Origin: a virus
Lineage: Duplodnaviria; Caudoviricetes
Length of the DNA: 64,000 bases
Virus record (IMG/VR): IMGVR_UViG_3300033121_002193
Location: 1 to 64,000 of that record
Direction: 5' to 3' (one strand)
The position numbers and the translations under genes were made by a program. The notes beneath the pieces are model-generated. The model was not told the origin of the DNA. It made no database searches and was given only the letters and a program-made list of their open reading frames with translations. This document shows, piece by piece, positions 19,047-29,681 of the stretch. Positions within the stretch are counted from its first letter, which is position 1; every line of letters begins with the position of its first letter.

Positions 19047-20858
19047 TTATACCTCTCCAAAATAATCAGGTCCCCATACTTTATATTTATCAGAATAAAT
19101 TTTACCATAATTTCCTAGACCTAAATCGCTAGGATACAAAACGGTTATATTCTTTTTAATTCCAGCAGCTGAAGAATCTTTTAAATAATCGATTGCAGAT
19201 TGCCTTGCATTAGCAACGTCGGTCAAATAAGAACCAAAATCAGTGCCGTCTCCTGGTGATGTATATCTATTCTTGCTAAATAAAAGAGTTACATCTGTGC
19301 CCGCGGCGTGTGTAAATTTCCAAACATAAGAAGAATCTATTATAATTTCAGTGCTATTCAAAACTTTCACAAAAGGTACTAAAGTTTCTTCTGTATCATA
19401 ACCAAGATCTATTACTAAAACACCAATGTCTGGAAAGTTATTTGTAGATAATAATTTAATACTGGTACCATTTGTTCCTTGAATTACTATTTGATCTAAT
19501 TTTGTAGAAGTATTTGTATAAACAAATGAATTAAAATCAATTAAATAATTTCCTTGAACAGATGTATCTAATTGAGTAGAAAAAGAAATTAAAACTACGG
19601 ATAAATTACTTTCTTCGCCGATGATGTTTTCTGCAGCCAAAAACTTGCCGTAAACCATGCCTAGAATAGTTAAACCACTAATGGAACTTAAAACAATTCC
19701 AGAAGCACCAGAAATATCTCCGTATACAGTTTCCCCAACGGTAAAAGTTCCTGGTCCATGGTTTAAAGTATAAAAAACTTCTGCTATATAAGCGCCACCA
19801 CTAAACGGGGTTCTTTCTATAATTGTAGTTGAAACAGGTATTATCACATCGATTTCTTGCGGCTTTACTTCATATAAAGTTGCATATTGCTGATTCGATG
19901 TTACTACTTTTTTTTCTGGATAAAAAAACATTAAATCAGTTGCTTGTAATAAAACAACAACTTGAGAAATTCCTTTTTCATTGTTTATTTCAAAATATGC
20001 ATTTCCGACAGAACCATTTACTACTTTTGTTATGGTAAAAGTTCCCTTGTTTAAAAAATCAAAATTACTTCCAAAAACATTTACATAATCATTTTGTTTA
20101 ACAATTCCTAAATTTGGATTTGGACCATTTGTCCAAGTGAATCTAAAAATATTATCAATTGGATTGGATATTGTAAATTCTGTATTTGTTGTTTGTGTTG
20201 TGTTTAATAAAGTGGAAAACTGCAAAATGTTGTTTGCTTTTCCACCTAACACTGAAACTCGACTTCTTGGCCCTTTTGTATTAGATAAAATACGAACTTT
20301 TTTGCTTTTAGAATTGATATCATAATATGATACTGCAAAACCGTTACTGTTTAAATCATGAAGTTTTTGTGTAATAACGTCTGCCACTTCTTCTGCTGTT
20401 GCGTTTCCAATATTTCTAAAATTATCAGTCAAAAAAGTAAATTCATATCTTTCATTATTATCAAAAACAACAATTAAATTATCTCCATCTGATAGTGTAT
20501 AATTTTCCGAAATTTTTGATTCAATCCATGCTTTTGTTTGAAACTGAGAAAAATATATATCTAAAATAGTTAATAGATTATTTGAAATAGTATGATCATT
20601 TAAAGTTTCGCAAATAATTCTTTTAATTATTTCATCTTTTACACCTATATTATTAGGGCGTATGATTCCATAATTACCAGCTAAAGTATCTAAATATTGG
20701 CCAGATGCAGTTTTTACAAACATATTTAAAAACATTGCATCTGAATTTTTTATATTATATTCATCGCCTTGAGAAATGGCATACAAAACGCCATCAATAT
20801 ATTTTCCTGAAATAGCTTGATTAAAATACTGTTTAAAGGTTTCATAAGCAGAAGTCAT
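19047..20858 (-). CDS. Baseplate wedge protein
   Basis: TASGQYLDTLAGNYGIIRP motif typical of wedge proteins; follows baseplate J. Confidence 0.65.
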   Translation of the reverse strand: MTSAYETFKQYFNQAISGKYIDGVLYAISQGDEYNIKNSDAMFLNMFVKTASGQYLDTLAGNYGIIRPNNIGVKDEIIKRIICETLNDHTISNNLLTILDIYFSQFQTKAWIESKISENYTLSDGDNLIVVFDNNERYEFTFLTDNFRNIGNATAEEVADVITQKLHDLNSNGFAVSYYDINSKSKKVRILSNTKGPRSRVSVLGGKANNILQFSTLLNTTQTTNTEFTISNPIDNIFRFTWTNGPNPNLGIVKQNDYVNVFGSNFDFLNKGTFTITKVVNGSVGNAYFEINNEKGISQVVVLLQATDLMFFYPEKKVVTSNQQYATLYEVKPQEIDVIIPVSTTIIERTPFSGGAYIAEVFYTLNHGPGTFTVGETVYGDISGASGIVLSSISGLTILGMVYGKFLAAENIIGEESNLSVVLISFSTQLDTSVQGNYLIDFNSFVYTNTSTKLDQIVIQGTNGTSIKLLSTNNFPDIGVLVIDLGYDTEETLVPFVKVLNSTEIIIDSSYVWKFTHAAGTDVTLLFSKNRYTSPGDGTDFGSYLTDVANARQSAIDYLKDSSAAGIKKNITVLYPSDLGLGNYGKIYSDKYKVWGPDYFGEV

Positions 20859-20871
20859 ATTTACCTTTATA

Positions 20872-23800
20872 TTATAAAAAAGTTACTGAAACATCATTTT
20901 CAGAAACAACTATAGGTTTTTCGTTTGGATTAACAACAATTACATCATTAGCCGAAGTATAATTTGGATAAATAATACTAACAGCATAAACGCCATCTAT
21001 TTGCTGAACCGCTCTAACAATATCAGACAAACTTATGCTTTGTCCTATTTTTGTATTATTGATAATTCCTGCTGCTGTAGAACGAATATTATTTAAAACG
21101 GTAGAAAACGGAGTACCGGTTCTAAGTCTTATTCCTAAAGAAATTTTTATACGTTTTGGTAAAGGCGGCAAAATATCAATATAGGTTCCTGCCGCTTTTA
21201 CTCCTGGATATAAAGATGGACTTCTTGGATCTCCATATACAACTTTGGTCGATTCGCCGATTAATCCTTTATAAGTAGAATAAGCATCGATACCAAACGT
21301 AGTGTATTCTGCAAAATTTAACTTATTTAAAGCTATAAAAGTGAAACCATAAATATCATTTATTTTTCCCAAAAGTTGAGAAACTGAATCAGTTAAAATA
21401 ATATCTGACAAAACAGAAGAAAAAGCACTTTTTTGAGCAATTGTTTTTATTTGTTTATAAAAAATAGCTATATTTTTGTCATAAGATTTTAAGTTATCAA
21501 AACCAGCGCCAAGATTTGTTGCTATAACAGAATTTTGAAAAGTTTCATTTATTGTAATGGTGGTTGAAGTTGAACTAAATACGGTATACGTTCCATTGTT
21601 ATTTGAATTTAAAATAGATCCGCTTAAAATTAAAGTATCTCCAGGTAAAACAGAATCCGCACTAAAAAATTGCAAATCTGAATTTCCAGTAATAGTTTTT
21701 GTTTCTTCAATTGCCAAAGAATTTTCTACCCAAAACATATTAGATAAAGCTCTAATAACTCTAAACGTTCCACAATTTTGAGCAGAAAAATTGCTACTAT
21801 TTGGAATTATAACAAAATCTCCTTGAACAACATTGACAAAATTAGGATTTGTCCCAGCTGTCCATATAAACGCAACAAAATTTCCATGTTTTTCTACTGT
21901 AATATTTGTTGTATTATCTCCCGAATGAACTCTTTGTGTTTTAAAACTTCCAGACCCGGCAGTTATTGTAATAGTGTTGATGGGCGCGCCACCAATACTA
22001 ACAAAGGTGGTATTGCTAAGGCCCAAGTTTTTCTTTAATGGTGTGGCCGATGTAAATTGTAACCATTGTCCTTTGTGCAAGCCTATTGTCGATCCATAAT
22101 TTGTTCTTATTAATGAATATTGTGTTGGCGATCCTACCAAAATATCATTATTGACAACAGTTCCCCCAGATAAATTTGCTTTACCACCGGAAATTTTAAC
22201 AGCTCCTACTGTCCCTGTATTTTGTGAATTTATTTCTATTTTTCCGCCATTACTAGAAACTAATACGCCACTTAAATTTGACAAACTAGAAACAGCTGGC
22301 TTATTTAAAAAATTTTGAATTTGTTGCGCTGTATGCGGAATTAAAACAACATTTTCTCCAACCAAAGAATATAATGGAGCTAAACTTGTTAAATTTTTCT
22401 CTATAGTAAACTGTGGTGAGCCCGATAAATTAGAAGAATAAACCCAATTTTCACCATCTATTAAAGAAACAAATAAACTAATAGAACCTGTAAAATCGTG
22501 AGTAGAACGATCTATTATTCCAGAGCCAGTTTGTCCAATGCCTAAAACAGCAGAAATATAATCTCCAAGATTTGAGTTAATATAATTAATTAAGGCGGTA
22601 GCCGTGCTACTTACATCAATTGGATAAATAGTAAAATCGTTTGCTGAATTAAGAGTTACTGTTTCTGCAATTGGAATGCCATTGTAAGCATGATTTGTTA
22701 CAGTAATTGCGGTTGCTGTAACATTTGTAATTCTAAAAGTTCCTTCGTTTACAGAATTAAAAGCAGAAGTAGAAGGAATTGTTACAATATCACCAATAGT
22801 AACATTATTTGCTAACCAAGTTGGGGCGCTTCCTAATCCTGTCCACGTATATGTAACATCATAAGGACCCGCGCCAACAACAGTAACAGCAATTTGGGTT
22901 GTATTATCGTGAGTTTTAGTTCTTGCTGTTCCAGATGGTAAAAATATATTAATATCTATTCCGCCGATTGTATTTCCCGAAACAACAGAATAGCTAAAAG
23001 ACAAATTAGGAGCAGTTGGATATTGAATTGAAAATCTATATAATTCACCGGTTGGCCCATAATGAATGCTTTTAACAACAAAAGCATTGTTAGCCCCATC
23101 TGGATCTATAACATTTTTTGCTTTTAACCATAGTCGATAATTAGTAAAACTAAAAGAACCACCAAACGTTGTAAGTAAACTTAATCCGCCACCATCAAAA
23201 TCTGTAGCTGAAAATGTATTAATAGTAGGAGCTGGGCTATTTATTATAGTTATTGTTCTAAATAAAGGTATATTTAAAGTTTTATTTGTCGGATCATCAT
23301 CAATAACTACACTTAATTTATCGTCATATGAAAAATCAAATGAATTAGATATATATGCACGGTCTAAAGTTAATCGTTCTTTGATTGTATTTTTACTCAA
23401 TAAAGAAATGTTGGTTGATGCTACAACTAAATGAGAAACCCCATCGTAATTATAACGATTACTAGAATATCTATCTGTTAATAAAGGCTTTAAGAAAGCC
23501 AGCATATTATCTGGATTAATATTTTGTGCAACTGAAGATACAAAAACAGGGGGATTTGCAGAATTATTAGAATTTTCTGTTAAATAATTTACAAATAAAG
23601 GACTTCCTAATTCAGAATTATTGCTTTGCACTGAAGCTATATGAGTCGCTTCATTTGAAACAATTGCAGGAGTAATGAAACCCAAATAAGTTCCATCTAA
23701 ATCAGCACTAAGTAAACTTATTTTTCCTTCTGATTCTAAAAAGTTATTAGTTGTTATTTTTATTTTATCTGCACCAAAAACAGAAGCGGTTGCGCCAATT

Positions 23801-26130
23801 AAAATTGAATTATAGGCAGTTGCCAAGGCATCCATTGAATATGTGCCAACAGGAATAGTGATCTGTTGAACAATGCCAGAAGTTCTAGCAAAAGTAATAG
23901 AATTTGGATTTATTAATACAACAGCTTCTACAGTTCCTAAGCTTTTTTCAATTTCAATATAAGAAAAATTGACAATATCTATTTTAGAAATTCGCCAATA
24001 ACCCTGATTATTTGCAGAAAAAGAATTATCCCAATTAACAACCCAATCACCAACTTTTACATTTAAAAAAGTATTTGTCGTTCCTGTGTAGCGCCAAATA
24101 TTTACTAATGGGTTTGTTACAGAAATTAAAGTACCTGGCACTGCGTTATGAGAAATAATTTCCGTGCTTGCATCTACAACTAACCATAAATTAGCAGGAT
24201 TTGCTAATACAAGAGTTCCACCCAAAATAGAACTACTTAAAGCATATGCCCTGAAATTTGTAGTGCCAGCTTTGTAATTATCTCCAGGAGCGGCAGGAGT
24301 GTTTAATTTTATTTGTCCAGTTCCTCTGATTAAAGAATATTCGCTGCTTTTTCCCAGATATGTTGCTGCAGTAAATATACTAGCTAAAGACACTAAAGTT
24401 CCGCCAATGCCAATAGTTAGCGCAGCTAAATCGTCTTGCCCTTTGTTTGATGTTAAAACAAGCCTGTTTCCATTTATAGAAGCAGTTATGCCTGGAATTG
24501 TTTTATTTATTGCGTTTTTCCACGTTTCTAATGGAGCCGTAGAGGGGGTATAAGGATTTAAATTAATGCTATCAAAAGTGTAAATAATTGAAGGAGTATT
24601 GTCTATGCCAACTTCAAGAGTATAAGAGAATAAAGGCAATACCCAAGGAAAAGCTATACTTGTGACAGAAGCATATTGTCCATCTTTTCTTAATTCTTTA
24701 TCATTTTTATATAATCTTAAAGAATATACTTTATTTAGAGAAAATCCTAAACCTAAATTTGCATCAGATGCCGCAACAGGCACTACTATTTGTAAATTTT
24801 CATTATTATCAGCTTTTGCAAAAATAACAACTCTAGATCCACCCGCTGAAGTTCTTGCTGAAAATAACAAAAGAGAATTTGAATTTATACTAGAGACAAT
24901 TTCATATGCAGTTGCCGCACCATTAGACTGAAAATCAGACGATGAAAAAGTATGCTCCGATAAAACACCGCCAACCATAACAGATAATTTGTATTGTGGA
25001 AATATTTCAAAAGGCTGTGTATTTTGAGTGGTTAATTGAGCTTTTACTAAACCGACGTTAGCTAACTGTAAATATTTTTCGCCACCAATAGCTTCATCAA
25101 TTATAGATTCTTGACCAACAGAAGTAAAAATTGGTTCGTATGACGTGCCATCGTCTATTCTTAAAATCGTTGGAGTTAAATCTGTGCTTTCTTCTACTGA
25201 AGAAGACAAGACACGTTTTTGTTCATCAGTAGCAACTAATCCAGTTACAGCATTAATAAGAGCTGTATTTGTGCCTTTTGACCTTGATTGTCGAGCACGT
25301 TTAATCCTATCTCTTAATTCAAAATCTGTTTCAACATCTCGTCCATTTGAAAAAGGAACTTCATTTTTTACACTTAAATTAGGAAAAGGCGCAGCGGCAA
25401 ATTGAGTTAAACTATTTGAGGCAATATTACCAACGGTTCCGTTTTCATTACATAAAACGGGAATGCCCTGAATAGTAGTTTCGCCATCTGGAATTGTAAC
25501 AGAATTAATAATTGAAAAAGGAATAGAAGCAGCAGCCCCAATTGTTGCAGTTTGAATAATAGTGCCTGCTGGCAATACTCTATTTCCGCCCTGAGAAAGA
25601 ATAACAAAATCACCAGTGCTATGTTTTTTTGCTAAAGCAGCAGATAAATTTATTTGGTAATAAGTACCAATTAAAATAATAGAACTGTAATTTATAGGAC
25701 CTTCTACATTAGAAGTTCCTCTTGATATATAAAGTGAGCCCGAAGTTGGCCATGTTGATGCATCATTTACATAAATAATAGTTGACCCAATAATAGGAGG
25801 TGGTTGATTAGGATAAATATTTGTAGATTTTTTTTGAAAAGAATTATCAACTACAGTAACCGCACCACTAGTTTTTGAAGACGAATATCTTGTAAGCCCT
25901 TCTTCTTGGGCTAATAAATCAAGTGCAGTCCCAATAGCTCTGTCTACTGATTGTTCATCTAATGCGGCAAAAATATTATTGCTTATATTAAAATCTTGCT
26001 GGGCTGCTGCTTCTAAAATATCTAAAATGACAGAACCGGGATTTAAATCATTTAATCCAACTCTTGATTGCAAAGAAGAGATTAAATCTCCTAAAATTTG
26101 CTCATATGATTTTATTTCTAAATCTGCCAT
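20872..26130 (-). CDS. Baseplate J/gp6-like wedge protein with large insertions (1752 aa)
   Basis: DLNPGSV..ILEA, AIGTALDLLA, G..GNI, GRDVETDFELRDRI N-terminal motifs; C-terminal IGQSISLSDIV...IDGV. Confidence 0.85.
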   Translation of the reverse strand: MADLEIKSYEQILGDLISSLQSRVGLNDLNPGSVILDILEAAAQQDFNISNNIFAALDEQSVDRAIGTALDLLAQEEGLTRYSSSKTSGAVTVVDNSFQKKSTNIYPNQPPPIIGSTIIYVNDASTWPTSGSLYISRGTSNVEGPINYSSIILIGTYYQINLSAALAKKHSTGDFVILSQGGNRVLPAGTIIQTATIGAAASIPFSIINSVTIPDGETTIQGIPVLCNENGTVGNIASNSLTQFAAAPFPNLSVKNEVPFSNGRDVETDFELRDRIKRARQSRSKGTNTALINAVTGLVATDEQKRVLSSSVEESTDLTPTILRIDDGTSYEPIFTSVGQESIIDEAIGGEKYLQLANVGLVKAQLTTQNTQPFEIFPQYKLSVMVGGVLSEHTFSSSDFQSNGAATAYEIVSSINSNSLLLFSARTSAGGSRVVIFAKADNNENLQIVVPVAASDANLGLGFSLNKVYSLRLYKNDKELRKDGQYASVTSIAFPWVLPLFSYTLEVGIDNTPSIIYTFDSINLNPYTPSTAPLETWKNAINKTIPGITASINGNRLVLTSNKGQDDLAALTIGIGGTLVSLASIFTAATYLGKSSEYSLIRGTGQIKLNTPAAPGDNYKAGTTNFRAYALSSSILGGTLVLANPANLWLVVDASTEIISHNAVPGTLISVTNPLVNIWRYTGTTNTFLNVKVGDWVVNWDNSFSANNQGYWRISKIDIVNFSYIEIEKSLGTVEAVVLINPNSITFARTSGIVQQITIPVGTYSMDALATAYNSILIGATASVFGADKIKITTNNFLESEGKISLLSADLDGTYLGFITPAIVSNEATHIASVQSNNSELGSPLFVNYLTENSNNSANPPVFVSSVAQNINPDNMLAFLKPLLTDRYSSNRYNYDGVSHLVVASTNISLLSKNTIKERLTLDRAYISNSFDFSYDDKLSVVIDDDPTNKTLNIPLFRTITIINSPAPTINTFSATDFDGGGLSLLTTFGGSFSFTNYRLWLKAKNVIDPDGANNAFVVKSIHYGPTGELYRFSIQYPTAPNLSFSYSVVSGNTIGGIDINIFLPSGTARTKTHDNTTQIAVTVVGAGPYDVTYTWTGLGSAPTWLANNVTIGDIVTIPSTSAFNSVNEGTFRITNVTATAITVTNHAYNGIPIAETVTLNSANDFTIYPIDVSSTATALINYINSNLGDYISAVLGIGQTGSGIIDRSTHDFTGSISLFVSLIDGENWVYSSNLSGSPQFTIEKNLTSLAPLYSLVGENVVLIPHTAQQIQNFLNKPAVSSLSNLSGVLVSSNGGKIEINSQNTGTVGAVKISGGKANLSGGTVVNNDILVGSPTQYSLIRTNYGSTIGLHKGQWLQFTSATPLKKNLGLSNTTFVSIGGAPINTITITAGSGSFKTQRVHSGDNTTNITVEKHGNFVAFIWTAGTNPNFVNVVQGDFVIIPNSSNFSAQNCGTFRVIRALSNMFWVENSLAIEETKTITGNSDLQFFSADSVLPGDTLILSGSILNSNNNGTYTVFSSTSTTITINETFQNSVIATNLGAGFDNLKSYDKNIAIFYKQIKTIAQKSAFSSVLSDIILTDSVSQLLGKINDIYGFTFIALNKLNFAEYTTFGIDAYSTYKGLIGESTKVVYGDPRSPSLYPGVKAAGTYIDILPPLPKRIKISLGIRLRTGTPFSTVLNNIRSTAAGIINNTKIGQSISLSDIVRAVQQIDGVYAVSIIYPNYTSANDVIVVNPNEKPIVVSENDVSVTFL

Positions 26131-26160
26131 GAAATACCTATTATAAAATGGTTTAAATCA

Positions 26161-26168
26161 AGATTAAG
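26161..26168 (-). promoter_or_regulatory. Putative late-promoter motif CTTAATCT
   Basis: Upstream of baseplate J start 26130. Confidence 0.65.
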
Positions 26169-26222
26169 TTGTAAAAATAAACAATAAGTTGCATATTTGG
26201 AAAACAATAATATACTTAATAA

Positions 26223-26399
26223 ATGACCGAAATAGGAAAATACAAAGATATAAAAATATATAAAAATAATGATTTTTTTTGGTTTGTTTTTAATCAAAAA
26301 AAATTTTTTTTTGAAAAAAGTTCTTATGAAAGTAACGAAGATTTAGTTATGTTTTGCACAATTGAAATTAATAAGTTGATTTTAACTAATGTTTATTGA
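26223..26399 (+). CDS. 58-aa hypothetical protein, antisense to structural module (not in ORF track)
   Basis: MTEIGKYKDIKIYKNNDFFWFVFNQKKFFFEKSSYESNEDLVMFCTIEINKLILTNVY; TTGCAT-16-TATACT promoter ends 6 nt before ATG. Confidence 0.5.
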   Translation: MTEIGKYKDIKIYKNNDFFWFVFNQKKFFFEKSSYESNEDLVMFCTIEINKLILTNVY

Positions 26400-28994
26400 A
26401 AAAGGTAAAATTCCATCAAGTCCTTTTACATTAACAGAACCATTTATTATTGCCGCTGGCCCAAAAATAGATACATTTAAATTATTTGCGCTTGTAAAAC
26501 GAGAATCACTTACAATTGAATCGAATAATCTTTCTTTTATTAAATCAACTGTTATGGCACTTGTATTTATGCCAACTGGCACAGCAAAACCATAACTAGG
26601 GTGTTTTATTAAAGAACCTATTGGAGTAATTATTTTTAATTTTAATGCTTGAATTAAGTTTGCCATTCCAGCAGAAAGAGCGACATTTCCTGATTTATCT
26701 AAAATAATATCATTATCAGTACTTAAAGCTAAATCAATTTTGCTTATTTCTATAAGTTTATCATCATCAGGTGTAAATCTTGGAATTGGCTTTAATCTTT
26801 GAGGAATATCCGAAGGGGCGATTTCTGATGGTATATAAATCAAATCTCTTGAAGATACAGTGTTAGGCTTGAAATATTGAATTTGTGCATTATCTGCTAT
26901 TTTTAGTTTTCCCAAATCAGATTTTCCATCTACAGTAATTAAAAAACTTGTTAAAGACAAAGGCTTTATATCTGTTATTTTTCTAGCAAATTGAGGGATT
27001 TTTGAGCTAGATAGTATTATTTTTTGATTAATATATAAATTATCCGCATTAGAAACAGTGATAGAATTATTTAATCCATTGTTGTTTATTAATTGAAAAG
27101 TTCCCGCTTCATCTATAAAAGGTGGCTCCAAACCATTTAAAGCAATTATCTCTAACGCTCTTTTTTCGTCCCCTAAATATTGAAATGCCAATTGATCTAT
27201 TGTAATGCCGTAAACTACAGGTACTGCAGTTTTCCCAGGACTTACATTGAAATCAATATTAGCTGTAGTTGCAAGTTTTCCAATAAAATTAAAAGAATCA
27301 ACGATTGTATCTTGTTGATAAGTATCCTGTGCGCAAAAATGATCTAAAACTTGCGCTAATTTTCTAAAAGAAAAAAGTATATCTAATTCAAATCTACCTG
27401 GTTGCTTTTTTGTTTTTGGATACGCAACACCAACAGAACCTAAAGTTTTATCATAAACAGGACTGCCAAGCCCAAAATAAGTCGCCATATCTCTGCTTAC
27501 TTCATTTATATAATTTCTGTAATTTTCAAAATCTTGTCTTGTTAATAAAGAAACTCGATCTTTTTCTTGCTGAATTCGCAATAAAATGTTTTCAGGTAAT
27601 GATAATTTGTCTAGTGTCATTTCATTAAAAAAATCTGGGAATTTATCGGGATTGGCTAATGCATATGCTGTAATAGATCCTGGCCCCGTATTTTTTATTT
27701 CTGTAGCGCCTCCAGATGGGGCAGGAGTATTTGAATTTGATAATCCACCAGCTTTTATTTCTACATTTCCTGCATTAGTTTGTAAATTTGCAGTTTCCGA
27801 TGTCATATTTGTTTCATCTAATTTTGAAAATTCATCGTTTATAGAACGAAACAAGGTATCGTAGTTTCTTTTATAATTTTCTATTTTATTTTCTGCTGTT
27901 TTAAATTCTTGTACGGTATCATTTAATGGAGCAATAATAGAAGAAACCGCATCTTTAATAATAGAAGATGGCAAATCTAACAAACTATTAACTAAACCTA
28001 AAGATTCTTTTGAAATAATTAAGCAGCTTTTAACTACGCCTAAAATTCTATTAATGTCGCCACGAACAGCTGTTATTACATCAGATGCAGAAGCAATTGA
28101 TTTAGATACATTATTTAAAGTATCTAAAATATTTTGCATCAAATTTTTATTTTGAAAAGGATTTATTATCAAACTATCTTGAAAATTTTGATTTTGGTTA
28201 CCTTCAAGTTTGATTCTTTTCCATGCCTCTAAAGTGATATTATATCTGTATTCATTTGGCGATTCAAGTACACGTGTTAATGTAAAAGTTTTTGGAGTAA
28301 CTAAATATGTAATGTTATCTTTGGCTAAATCAATTGCTAATCGTAAATCTTTATTTTCAGGTTGTTTTGCTAAAAAAGCATAATATTGTAAAAATTCAGA
28401 TAATTTATGAAAATGTTCGTATCCTGTGTTTTCTAAAAATTGATCGGTTTTATCAATTTTATCTACGTTTGAACTAAAGTTTTTAAATGACGCAACTAAA
28501 TTTCTGCCAGCCTGTACAGTTGTAAAAATAGAACCAATATCTTTTGCATCATAACTCGCTTGATTAGTTTCTCTAAATGGCAAAATTCCCGTAGTTCCAT
28601 TTATAACAATTTGCCGTATTGGTATACCATTTCCTTCTACCAAGATGCCATCAGCTAAAACTGTAGTACGCATCGCAAATGGCATATTTATAGATAAATT
28701 TTGAGGGGAAATAGGCAATACATATGCCATTAATTTGCCTAAATTATTTTTTACAGTTTCATATGATTTTACATTATTATTTTTATCAATATTAGCTTTT
28801 ACAATAAGTAAACTGTAGGGTAATATTGCATTCCATTTAGATGGACTTTTGTTAAAAGTAGTAATTGGGAAAAAATCATTTTTGTCATCGCTTTTTATAT
28901 TAGCAACACTTAATGGGCTATTGATTCTAAAATTATTAGATGCAGTTAAATTGCTTTTATTATCAACTGTTGGTAATATATTTGGCGAAACCAC
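26382..28994 (-). CDS. Baseplate protein (tube-initiator/LysM-like region plus C-terminal gp25-like domain)
   Basis: LPISPQNLSI N-terminus; TIDQLAFQYLGD...EIIALNGL LysM-like; NLIQALKLKIITPIGSLIKHPSYG gp25-like; GGAG RBS before GTG. Confidence 0.7.
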   Translation of the reverse strand: MVSPNILPTVDNKSNLTASNNFRINSPLSVANIKSDDKNDFFPITTFNKSPSKWNAILPYSLLIVKANIDKNNNVKSYETVKNNLGKLMAYVLPISPQNLSINMPFAMRTTVLADGILVEGNGIPIRQIVINGTTGILPFRETNQASYDAKDIGSIFTTVQAGRNLVASFKNFSSNVDKIDKTDQFLENTGYEHFHKLSEFLQYYAFLAKQPENKDLRLAIDLAKDNITYLVTPKTFTLTRVLESPNEYRYNITLEAWKRIKLEGNQNQNFQDSLIINPFQNKNLMQNILDTLNNVSKSIASASDVITAVRGDINRILGVVKSCLIISKESLGLVNSLLDLPSSIIKDAVSSIIAPLNDTVQEFKTAENKIENYKRNYDTLFRSINDEFSKLDETNMTSETANLQTNAGNVEIKAGGLSNSNTPAPSGGATEIKNTGPGSITAYALANPDKFPDFFNEMTLDKLSLPENILLRIQQEKDRVSLLTRQDFENYRNYINEVSRDMATYFGLGSPVYDKTLGSVGVAYPKTKKQPGRFELDILFSFRKLAQVLDHFCAQDTYQQDTIVDSFNFIGKLATTANIDFNVSPGKTAVPVVYGITIDQLAFQYLGDEKRALEIIALNGLEPPFIDEAGTFQLINNNGLNNSITVSNADNLYINQKIILSSSKIPQFARKITDIKPLSLTSFLITVDGKSDLGKLKIADNAQIQYFKPNTVSSRDLIYIPSEIAPSDIPQRLKPIPRFTPDDDKLIEISKIDLALSTDNDIILDKSGNVALSAGMANLIQALKLKIITPIGSLIKHPSYGFAVPVGINTSAITVDLIKERLFDSIVSDSRFTSANNLNVSIFGPAAIINGSVNVKGLDGILPFSINIS

Positions 28995-29002
28995 AATTGC
29001 TC

Positions 29003-29185
29003 CTAATTTTCATACCAATGTGTAACATTTTTTATTTCATTGCCTGTATCCCATATTTTAAAAGACTGTTTATTTGTATCTGATTTTGGAAAAAAAACAG
29101 CTTTATATTCTTTTAAAGAGGCAGTTCTTACTTTTGTTTTTATTACAGAATTTGGCAATCTTTTTTTAATATCTATCCAATGCAT
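29003..29185 (-). CDS. DUF551-like small phage protein
   Basis: WIDIKKRLP...VTHW signature. Confidence 0.55.
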   Translation of the reverse strand: MHWIDIKKRLPNSVIKTKVRTASLKEYKAVFFPKSDTNKQSFKIWDTGNEIKNVTHWYEN

Positions 29186-29195
29186 AATTTAAAAA

Positions 29196-29203
29196 AGATT
29201 AAG
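29196..29203 (-). promoter_or_regulatory. Putative late-promoter motif CTTAATCT
   Basis: Upstream of 29185 start. Confidence 0.6.
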
Positions 29204-29204
29204 A

Positions 29205-29678
29205 CTATAAAATAGGAACTGGAGGCGGCGCTATAATTGTAGCAGTTCCTCCTAAATTCAATGTATGCATAACCACAGAAATTGCATTCGCTGACACTGG
29301 TCTAGATAAACTACCAATGGTGTTTGCAGCAAAAACGGGTATTAATGCTGTGCTCAATCCTGACAATCCAGGGGGTGGAGTCACAGCGGTAGCCGTTGGA
29401 TAAACTAAAGCAAAAGAAGCAGAAACCCCGCCCCAAAAAGCAAGTATACCGTTTTGCAAAGCAACGGCTCCTGTAGTTGATAACGTTGTCATCGCTGCTT
29501 TCATTAAAGTTTTTGGCAAACCAAATAAAACCGGTTTTACACATGGAACTGGACCAGCAGACGATTGAGAAAAATATTCAATCCAGGCATTTGCCCAGCC
29601 TTCTATTGCTATGTTTACATCCATGGTTAAAGGTAAGTTAATAATTTGATTCGCTAGTGTAGTTGGTAACATTGGCAT
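29205..29678 (-). CDS. Structural protein downstream of spike gene
   Basis: Pro/Ala-rich 157 aa; position in baseplate cluster. Confidence 0.4.
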   Translation of the reverse strand: MPMLPTTLANQIINLPLTMDVNIAIEGWANAWIEYFSQSSAGPVPCVKPVLFGLPKTLMKAAMTTLSTTGAVALQNGILAFWGGVSASFALVYPTATAVTPPPGLSGLSTALIPVFAANTIGSLSRPVSANAISVVMHTLNLGGTATIIAPPPVPIL

Positions 29679-29681
29679 AAA

